Source: an uncultured Solirubrobacteraceae bacterium (GTDB lineage Bacteria; Actinomycetota; Thermoleophilia; Solirubrobacterales; Solirubrobacteraceae). From it: DNA of 64,000 bases. Below the pieces are notes generated by a model, which was given only the letters and a program-made list of their open reading frames with translations, was not told where the DNA came from and searched no databases. Both the position numbers and the translations under genes were made by a program. How positions within the stretch are numbered: the stretch's first letter is position 1; every line of letters starts with the position of its first letter. This document shows, in pieces, positions 35,331 to 42,104 of this stretch. The DNA lies in assembly GCA_963767655.1 (NCBI GenBank), contig CAVYET010000019.1, positions 346-64,345 of the forward strand. The letters are read 5' to 3'.

Positions 35331-36355
35331 GCAGCGTGATGGACACGAGCACGCAGCCCTCGCGGGCGAGCCTGCCGATCGACTACAACAAGCGGCTCAT
35401 GCTCTTCAGCGGGCGCGCGAATCTCCAGCTCGCGGTCGACATCGCCGACAAGCTCGGCGTGGAGCTCGGACCGGTGACGCTGAGGACGTTCTCCAACGGC
35501 GAGGTGTACTGCCGCTATGAGGAGTCGATTCGCGGGGCCGACGTGTTCATCGTGCAGTCGACCTGCGGGAACGCCCAGGCGGGGGTGACCGCGAACGATG
35601 CGCTGATGGAGCTGCTGTTCATGATCGACGCCGCCGTCGGCGCCTCGGCCCACCGCGTGATCGCGGTCACCCCTTGGTTCGGCTACTCGCGCCAGGACAA
35701 GAAGTCCGCGCCGCGGGAGCCGATCTCCGCGCGCCTGGTCGCGCGCATGCTCGAGGCCGCGGGGGCCGACAGGGTGCTGACGATGGACCTCCACGCCGGC
35801 CAGATCCAGGGCTTCTTCCAGAAGCCGGTGGATCACATGACGGCGCTGTTCATGCTGACGCAGTACTTCGCCGATCTCGGGCTGTCAGATCTGGTCGTCG
35901 TCGCGCCGGACGCCGGACGGGTGAAGCTGAACAAGAAGTTCGCCTCCAAGATCGGCGCCGAGCTGGCGATCCTCGACAAGGAGCGCCCGGCCCAGCAGGT
36001 GGCGGAGATCGGGTACGTGATCGGCGACGTGAGAGGCAAGACGGCGGTGATCGTGGACGACATCATCGACACCGCGGGAACGCTGAGGGCTGCGGCCAGG
36101 ACGGTGAGCGAGGCCGGTGCCTCGCGCGTGTACGCCGCGGCCACGCACGCCATGTTCTCCGGAGAAGCATTCGAGAACCTGAGGGCCTCGGGCTTCGAGG
36201 AGATCGTGGTCACCGACACCATCCCGGTGAACCCGGACCGCCCCAAGAACATTCGCGTGCTGCCCTGCGCCGAGCTGCTGACCGACTCGATCCGGCGGAT
36301 CTTCGTCGACGACTCGGTCAGCGAGGTGTTCGGGGGCGAGAACCAGCTGTTTTAG
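35327..36355 (+). CDS. prs: Ribose-phosphate pyrophosphokinase
   Basis: FSNGE, YSRQDKK, DLHAGQIQGFF, VAPDAG, VDDIIDTAGT. Confidence 0.97.
   Translation: MSSVMDTSTQPSRASLPIDYNKRLMLFSGRANLQLAVDIADKLGVELGPVTLRTFSNGEVYCRYEESIRGADVFIVQSTCGNAQAGVTANDALMELLFMIDAAVGASAHRVIAVTPWFGYSRQDKKSAPREPISARLVARMLEAAGADRVLTMDLHAGQIQGFFQKPVDHMTALFMLTQYFADLGLSDLVVVAPDAGRVKLNKKFASKIGAELAILDKERPAQQVAEIGYVIGDVRGKTAVIVDDIIDTAGTLRAAARTVSEAGASRVYAAATHAMFSGEAFENLRASGFEEIVVTDTIPVNPDRPKNIRVLPCAELLTDSIRRIFVDDSVSEVFGGENQLF
36338..36351 (+). repeat. attL-like core (prs codons ENQLF)
   Basis: GAGAACCAGCTGTT followed by TTAG. Confidence 0.85.
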
Positions 36356-36815
36356 ACTCCCCCCGCGAACACTGGCGTTCCGGTGGGTGCGCGACAACTG
36401 GCGCGACAGTCTCACGCGGTTGCCTCAGTCATCGCGTCCCGCCTGCCTAGCCTGCATCGCAGCGGCGCGGCGAGCCCCGCCGACCGGCAGGGGTGCCGAG
36501 TCCAGGAGCGTCACGCCGGCTCGGTTGTATTTCTGCCAGCCGGTAACGCCTTCCCGCTCGACCTGCTCAAGCCGGTAGTTCTCCAGCGCCGTAACGCATA
36601 CCACCGTGCGTAGACGAGCGAGGGTGGCAACCCACCGCTCCAGCGTGTCATTCCGGCCACGCGGCGGGGCCAAAAGAAGACGCGATCAAGGCGTGGATCT
36701 GGAAAAGGGCCGAGGCGTTGGGCGTGACCGATCTTGTCCCGGCCGGCTGGAAGCGCGCCCGGTCACGTCGATGAGGGCCGTGCGGCGCTTGGGCCCCTGG
36801 GGTGCGGCAGTCCCC

Positions 36816-37223
36816 CTACCCCTCCAGCACCACGGCTTCGAGGGCCGTTGCCACATCCGGGAAGCCGACGATCGCGCGAACGATCTTGCCGTCCTTGACC
36901 TCGTAGGCGTCCGCGAAATGAACCTCGATTACGTCGCTGCCTTTGCCCTTGCCGTGCGAGCGTGTGTCGCAGATGACCCACGGGTGAGCATCGATGTAGT
37001 CGTAGACCTCTGCCCCGAACTCGTCGTAGGGCTCGGTCCAATGTGCCACGACCCGGCGGAGGGCCTCACGGCCTTGAAGCACCTCGGGCATGCCGGGAGG
37101 GGGCTGGAGATCGCAGAACTCAACGTGAACGTCGGGATGATAGAGCTCGAAGAGGGCGTCCCAGTCGCCCACGTTCAGCAATTCGGTGCACCGGAGGAGG
37201 ATCTCCACGTTCTTCTGCGACAT
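36816..37223 (-). CDS. SnoaL-like/NTF2 family protein
   Basis: MSQKNVEIL..GDWDALFELYHPDV..GREAL..GKGKGS..VKDGKIVR. Confidence 0.85.
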   Translation of the reverse strand: MSQKNVEILLRCTELLNVGDWDALFELYHPDVHVEFCDLQPPPGMPEVLQGREALRRVVAHWTEPYDEFGAEVYDYIDAHPWVICDTRSHGKGKGSDVIEVHFADAYEVKDGKIVRAIVGFPDVATALEAVVLEG

Positions 37224-37323
37224 CACCTAAGCGAAGCAGCGCGATCGGGGCGGCACATCCGTATTCGGCCACGTGGGTCCGGCTACATGGCGAGCTGGCG
37301 GCGATCGTGAGGCCGGTCGGGTT

Positions 37324-37644
37324 CTACGGTTCCGCGATAAGGACGGATTCAAACGAGCCCGGGTCCACGACGGGTTCGCCGTGATGCAGCCTGACGTAGT
37401 CCCGGCTGAAGTCCAGATAGCCGCTCAGTTGAAACCGCGCCAGGCAACTGACATGGGTCGCGTTGTAGCGATGGCATTGAGACACGCTGATCGGCATGGT
37501 GAAGTTGTCCCAGTACAGGTACTCGTACACGATGACTTCCTGTTCAGCGACTGCCTTTGCCAAGAACGCGCCGTGAGCCGAAGCCCCAGCCGGCAGGCAG
37601 AGGCATACGAGCGACACAACGGCAAGAACACGCCTCACAACCAC
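37324..37644 (-). CDS. Small secreted protein with a Cys pair
   Basis: Signal peptide VRRVLAVVSLVCLCLPAGASA; SQCHRYNATHVSC. Confidence 0.6.
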   Translation of the reverse strand: MVVRRVLAVVSLVCLCLPAGASAHGAFLAKAVAEQEVIVYEYLYWDNFTMPISVSQCHRYNATHVSCLARFQLSGYLDFSRDYVRLHHGEPVVDPGSFESVLIAEP

Positions 37645-37838
37645 AAGAACACGGCTCGCGCCACGGGGTTTCTACGCGGACGGCAGCAGGCGTCGGCCAT
37701 CATCCGGCAGGCAGGATGACGGCGCTCGACGCGAGCGGCAGGCGACTAGCCCCGGGCCGCCGGGGGAATGTGGGGAGCGACCCGGGGTGTCGTCGTCCAG
37801 GCGGGCATCCTGCTTTCCCGCGACGCGGCGACGCGCCT

Positions 37839-38036
37839 CTACCCGCCGACGTGCAGATAGGACTGAACCCTCCTTACGACGGCCTCCAGGTGACCGTCTG
37901 TCCTCACCCGCAAGAGCTGGCCTTTCGGTCCGGACACGATTGGCGGACGGTCCACACGGCTCACAACCTCGTGATATCTGGGAAGCCGCTCCAGGCGATG
38001 GATCTGTCGCGTCGTGAGCGGTATCGGGTTCGACAT
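37839..38036 (-). CDS. Hypothetical 65-aa protein
   Basis: GGAGG RBS upstream on minus strand; plausible composition. Confidence 0.5.
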   Translation of the reverse strand: MSNPIPLTTRQIHRLERLPRYHEVVSRVDRPPIVSGPKGQLLRVRTDGHLEAVVRRVQSYLHVGG

Positions 38037-38189
38037 CTTCCCGCCTCCGGTCTTGTCGACTGGTTTGCCGAAGAGCGGTAGTTACCCGTCCTGTTGCGGC
38101 GCGAAACCAACTCGGTCCGTCTTGCAGTCCTCGACCATGAAGCGACCCGAGTTTCTCCGCCAGCTCGCCTCGGAGGCGGAGGGCGAACG

Positions 38190-38327
38190 ATGACGAACGA
38201 ACCGACCGGCGAGCAGAGCCGCGAGCTGTCGGCGTCGGCCCGAGCCGAGGCGCAGCGCATCCTCGACGCCGAAGCCCGCCGGCTACTGGCCGAGCAGCTT
38301 GCACGAGCCCGGAAGGGCGGTGCATGA
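38190..38327 (+). CDS. Small helical hypothetical protein
   Basis: GGAGG RBS; MTNEPTGEQSRELSASARAEAQRILDAEARRLLAEQL; starts an overlapping mini-ORF chain. Confidence 0.55.
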   Translation: MTNEPTGEQSRELSASARAEAQRILDAEARRLLAEQLARARKGGA

Positions 38328-38382
38328 TGGCGAGTCCAAGTGTGCGTGAGCCCGAACCGTGGGAGTCGAACGCGGCGGCTCC

Positions 38383-38670
38383 GTGACCGTCCTAAAGCCA
38401 AGACAGGAGAACAAACCGATGATCTCGCCCGCTGAGAAAGACCTTCTGGAAGTCATGGACGAGGGTCACCGCGTGCTGAATGACCTCCGTGGTGCGGAGA
38501 CGTACCCACGCAATCTGCTCGGGGCGATCCGCATGGCGGAGCCGGATGCTTTGGCGTCAGCTGTATTCACTGCCCTCGTGGTGTCGTCCGACGATGAGGC
38601 CCCGGACCCCATCCGCGATCTGCGCGACCAGTGGCGCGAGGATGCAGGCAAGCGAGGAGGCGATGCGTGA
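38383..38670 (+). CDS. Hypothetical protein
   Basis: GTG overlapping upstream TGA, alternative ATG at 38419 with AGGAG RBS; ends RGGDA*. Confidence 0.55.
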   Translation: MTVLKPRQENKPMISPAEKDLLEVMDEGHRVLNDLRGAETYPRNLLGAIRMAEPDALASAVFTALVVSSDDEAPDPIRDLRDQWREDAGKRGGDA

Positions 38671-38882
38671 TGCCAAGCGTCCGCGACCCCGAACCCTGGG
38701 AGTCAAGCGCGGCCGGTCCGTTCCTGACGATCGACTCGCCGCGTGGCGCGGTGGCTGTGCAGAGTCTCGGCGCCGAGCGCTTCCGCGTATCGGCACCCGA
38801 CCACGAGCAAGAGGTGGTCGGGTTTGAGGAGGCACGGTCAGCGGCACATGAACTCGCCGGGAGGACCGATGCCACGGCGTAG
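38670..38882 (+). CDS. Hypothetical protein
   Basis: TGATG overlap, GGAGG RBS; MPSVRDPEPWESSAAGPFLTID... Confidence 0.6.
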   Translation: MPSVRDPEPWESSAAGPFLTIDSPRGAVAVQSLGAERFRVSAPDHEQEVVGFEEARSAAHELAGRTDATA

Positions 38883-39037
38883 AACCTTCACGAGCGAGCT
38901 GTACCGGGCCGCGAGGCTGAGCGCGACTCGCAAGGGCCATCCGCACTGGCAGAGCGTCACGGAGGGGGAGGGCCAAGAACATGGCGCTAGGGCGTCTGCT
39001 TGGGCGTGCCGGGGTATGGCGGAGGTTGTGGCGATGA
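38869..39037 (+). CDS. Small highly basic peptide (frameshifted)
   Basis: GGAGG RBS; MPRRRTFTSELYRAARLS..AIRTGR..AKNMALGRLLGRAGVWRRLWR*. Confidence 0.45.
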
Positions 39038-39082
39038 ACAAACTGTGGTCCGTGCAGCAGGTGCGGTCTGCACTCTGTTGAA

Positions 39083-39748
39083 ATGGGGACCGTGGGCGAC
39101 GTTGTGCGCATGCCTCCTCGAGGCCACTATCTGGCGTGGGAGGCGGGACAGCTGGCTGGCGTATCGGGCGCGAAGATCGGGCAATGGGCGCACTACGGCT
39201 ACATCCGGGCCTCTCAGTCAGAGCCGGGCGACTATCCGAAGATCTATAGCTACCAGGACGTGGCCGAGGCTATGGTGGTGCATCAGCTCTTGGAGCACGA
39301 CACCTCCTATCGCCTGATCCGCACGACACTTGACGAGCTTCGGAAAGACCCAGACCTCGGGGATTGGCCGCTCTCGCAAGTCGAGCTATCGGCAGCCGGC
39401 TCACGGTCCCTCTTAGTCCGACGGCGAGGTGGTGAGCACTTCGACCTGACTGGCCGTCCGTGGCACGCCATGCTGGACGCGGGCGATCTTAGGAAGATCG
39501 CTGCAGACCTTAATCGCGGCGGATGGGCAGCGCGTCGGATACCCGGCCTAAGACACATCGAGGTCGACCCGGACCGTCTCAGCGGCCGACCAGTGATCCG
39601 TGGCAGGCGAGTTGCCGCGCAAGACGTCGCCGAGACGGCTGAGGAGCCTGGCGGTCGTGAGGAGCTAGAAGAGGGCTATGGCTTGAAGCTTGCGGAGATC
39701 GACGACGCCCGGAACTGGTGGCGAGAGGTCCGTCAGCTCGCAGCGTGA
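39083..39748 (+). CDS. Antitoxin: MerR-like HTH plus DUF433 domain (Rv2018/VapB45-like)
   Basis: YLAWEAGQLAGVSGAKIGQW, IYSYQDVAE, IEVDPDRLSGRPVIRGRRV..YGL. Confidence 0.85.
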   Translation: MGTVGDVVRMPPRGHYLAWEAGQLAGVSGAKIGQWAHYGYIRASQSEPGDYPKIYSYQDVAEAMVVHQLLEHDTSYRLIRTTLDELRKDPDLGDWPLSQVELSAAGSRSLLVRRRGGEHFDLTGRPWHAMLDAGDLRKIAADLNRGGWAARRIPGLRHIEVDPDRLSGRPVIRGRRVAAQDVAETAEEPGGREELEEGYGLKLAEIDDARNWWREVRQLAA

Positions 39749-40146
39749 CCACCCTCGGCCGACTTCTCATCATTGATGAGGGTCTGGACGCGCGCTTGGC
39801 CTCCCAGCTCGAACAGCGAGTCCGAAACGCAAAGAGTGCGGCACTGCACGGGTTGACCGGCCTCAAGGATGAGCCGCTGCTTCAGGCAGTCGCGAGTCTG
39901 GACGAGCCCGATCCGGTCCTCGTTACCAACGATGACGACATGCCAGGTGAGCATGGACGGCTCATCGGGAGGCTAGGGCTTACGATCGCGACTGTTGACG
40001 GTCGACGCAAACCGGGCTGGCCCGCCGAGCCGTGGAAGAAGGGGACGATCCACCGATGGGCTCACGTCATGCAGGAGCAGCAAGCCGGCACACAGAGGCG
40101 CTACTCGCCTAGCGGGCCCGCGACCTGGACCGCACGACGGCGCTAG
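39745..40146 (+). CDS. PIN-domain toxin (VapC45/DUF5615-like)
   Basis: GTGA overlap with antitoxin; LIIDEGL, LKDEPLL, VLVTNDDDM acidic motifs. Confidence 0.75.
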   Translation: MTTLGRLLIIDEGLDARLASQLEQRVRNAKSAALHGLTGLKDEPLLQAVASLDEPDPVLVTNDDDMPGEHGRLIGRLGLTIATVDGRRKPGWPAEPWKKGTIHRWAHVMQEQQAGTQRRYSPSGPATWTARRR

Positions 40147-40304
40147 CTCTGGCCGACAAGGATGACGCATCGTTGTCAACGCAATGTCAGCGAACGTAGC
40201 TGGACGGGCTAGCATGCGGCGTCATGGAGACAGCGCCGCGGCCCGTAATCGCCCGTAATCTCGGACTCTCCGCTACCGGCCGGCATGGGGCGGCACGGAC
40301 GATG

Positions 40305-40318
40305 GAGAACCAGCTGTT
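40305..40318 (+). repeat. attR-like core (displaced prs 3' end, ENQLF-TGA)
   Basis: GAGAACCAGCTGTT followed by CTGA. Confidence 0.85.
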
Positions 40319-40756
40319 CTGAAACGCATAGGCCTGATCGTCGTCGGCGTGCTCCTGTTCCTGGCGATCAGCGGCCTGCTGGCAAGGTTCTTCTCGGTCG
40401 AAAACACCGAACGTGACGATGAGCTCGCGCTGATCGAAGCGCAGACGAGAGGCGACGTGAACGGCATGCTCGCTCGCCTCGACGGCTGCCGGGCGAGCCC
40501 CCCGTGTGTCGCGATCGTGCGGGCCGACGCGAGCCGCCTGCGCCGCAGCGGCGCAGTGAAGATCCTGTCGCTGAAATCTCCCAACGCACATTCGCTGGGC
40601 AGCTCGACGGCGACGACACGCCTGGCCTGGACGGTGATCGGGAGACTGCCGGTGGTGCAGTGCATACGGGTGCACCGCAGCGGTAACTTCTTCGCCGGGA
40701 TCACGGTCACGCTCCTGTCGCTCAGTGCGCCCATCCCCAACGAAGCGGATTGCTAG
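40319..40756 (+). CDS. Membrane-anchored hypothetical protein with Cys pairs (start uncertain)
   Basis: (L)KRIGLIVVGVLLFLAISGLLARF anchor; host-like codon usage resumes. Confidence 0.65.
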   Translation: MKRIGLIVVGVLLFLAISGLLARFFSVENTERDDELALIEAQTRGDVNGMLARLDGCRASPPCVAIVRADASRLRRSGAVKILSLKSPNAHSLGSSTATTRLAWTVIGRLPVVQCIRVHRSGNFFAGITVTLLSLSAPIPNEADC

Positions 40757-40772
40757 AGTCATTGCCCGCCCA

Positions 40773-41444
40773 ATGGCCGACACGACCACCAAGCTGAATG
40801 TGAGCAGCCGCACCGCGGACGGCTCCCGTGCCGCACGGCGGTTGCGCCGCGCGGGCCGCGTGCCCGGCGTCCTCTACGGCGGCGGCGGGGATTCGGTGGG
40901 CTTCGACGCGGACGCGCGCGAGCTGCGTCTGGCGCTGGCCTCCTCGGGCGCGGTGCTGGACCTGAGCGTCGACGGACAGAAGGCCACGCCGGTGGTGCTC
41001 AAGGAAGCCCAGCGCGACCCGGTGCGTGGCGAGACAGTGCACGTCGATCTGCTGCGGGTGCGCCTGGATGAGGCGATCAGCGCGGTCGTGCCGCTGGAGC
41101 TTGCCGGCGTCGACGACGCGCCCGGCGTGAAGGAAGGGGGCGTGCTCGAGCAGATCGTGCGCGAGCTCAACGTGCAGGCCCTGCCCACTGCCATCCCGGA
41201 GTCGATCGTGCATGAGGTGGGCGCGATGCAGATCGGCGAGACGATCGCTCTGGCGGCGGTGCTGATACCCGAGGGCGTGACGCTGCTGGATGACATCGAG
41301 GACACGGTGGTGGCGACGCTCTCCCCGCCGCGGCTGCAGAGCGAAGTCGAGGAGGAGATCGAGGCCGAGACCGAGCTCGTCGGCGAGGAGGCGGGCGAGA
41401 CGGCGGAGGGCGCCGGCGACGAGGGCACCTCGAGCGAGGAGTAG
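40773..41444 (+). CDS. rplY: 50S ribosomal protein bL25/Ctc
   Basis: ARRLRRAGRVPGVLYG, QRDPVRG..HVDL, GVKEGGVL, acidic tail. Confidence 0.96.
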   Translation: MADTTTKLNVSSRTADGSRAARRLRRAGRVPGVLYGGGGDSVGFDADARELRLALASSGAVLDLSVDGQKATPVVLKEAQRDPVRGETVHVDLLRVRLDEAISAVVPLELAGVDDAPGVKEGGVLEQIVRELNVQALPTAIPESIVHEVGAMQIGETIALAAVLIPEGVTLLDDIEDTVVATLSPPRLQSEVEEEIEAETELVGEEAGETAEGAGDEGTSSEE

Positions 41445-41498
41445 CAGCTCCTGCGAAACCCCTTTGGCGGTGGCGGCGGTGGCGGGCCCGTCGACTGG

Positions 41499-42104
41499 TT
41501 GATCGTGGGATTGGGCAACCCCGGGCGCGAGCATGCGGGCACTCGTCACAACGTGGGCTTCATGGTGGCGCACGCGCTGGCCGAGCGCTGGGAGCTCGGG
41601 CGGGCGAAGCAGCGCTTCCGCGGACAGATCGTGCAGGGACGGGTCGCTGGCCCCGCGGCCAGCGGGCTGCCCGCGGGGATGCGCCCACGGGTGGCGCTGC
41701 TGTGTCCACGGACCTACATGAACGAGGCCGGGCGCTCGGTCGGTCCCGCGCGGGGCGCGTTCAAGCTCCCGCTCGAGCGGGTAGTCGTGGTGCACGACGA
41801 GATCGATCTTCCCTTCGGCGAGGTGCGCACGCGCATGGGCGGCGGGCTGGCCGGCCACAACGGCCTCAAGTCGATCCGCCAGGAGCTGGGTGGCGCCGAC
41901 TTCATGCGGGTGCGCGTCGGTGTGGGTCGGCCCGAATCGACCGACCCCGAGATCGTCTCGGCCTACGTGCTGGGGCGCTTCCGCGAGCGCGAGGCGCAGG
42001 TGAGCGAGCTGATCGCAGGAGCGTGCGAGCAGGTCGAGGCGATCGTGCTCGCAGATGAAGCCTCGGCGGGCGAGGGCGGGACGCCGGGAAGGGCAAGCGG
42101 CTAG
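41499..42104 (+). CDS. pth: Peptidyl-tRNA hydrolase
   Basis: IVGLGNPG..TRHNVGF, TYMNEAG, VHDEID, GHNGLKS. Confidence 0.96.
   Translation: MIVGLGNPGREHAGTRHNVGFMVAHALAERWELGRAKQRFRGQIVQGRVAGPAASGLPAGMRPRVALLCPRTYMNEAGRSVGPARGAFKLPLERVVVVHDEIDLPFGEVRTRMGGGLAGHNGLKSIRQELGGADFMRVRVGVGRPESTDPEIVSAYVLGRFREREAQVSELIAGACEQVEAIVLADEASAGEGGTPGRASG

Larger units (their letters stand above)
36338..40318. mobile_element. ~4.0 kb genomic islet in the prs 3' end, no recognisable integrase
   Basis: Direct repeat GAGAACCAGCTGTT at 36338-36351 and 40305-40318; interrupts prs-rplY synteny; atypical codon usage; TA pair and mini-ORFs. Confidence 0.85.

Noticed and set aside
36425-36673. 82-aa minus-strand ORF at the islet left end
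   Set aside because: No recognisable motif or convincing start; not called
36356-39082. Integrase or transposase remnant inside the prs islet
   Set aside because: No tyrosine (RHRY), serine-recombinase or DDE motifs recognised in the listed ORFs; a six-frame HMM search is needed to exclude a decayed fragment
40307-40319. LexA box in the att core
   Set aside because: GAAC-N5-GTTC rather than the Gram-positive GAAC-N4-GTTC
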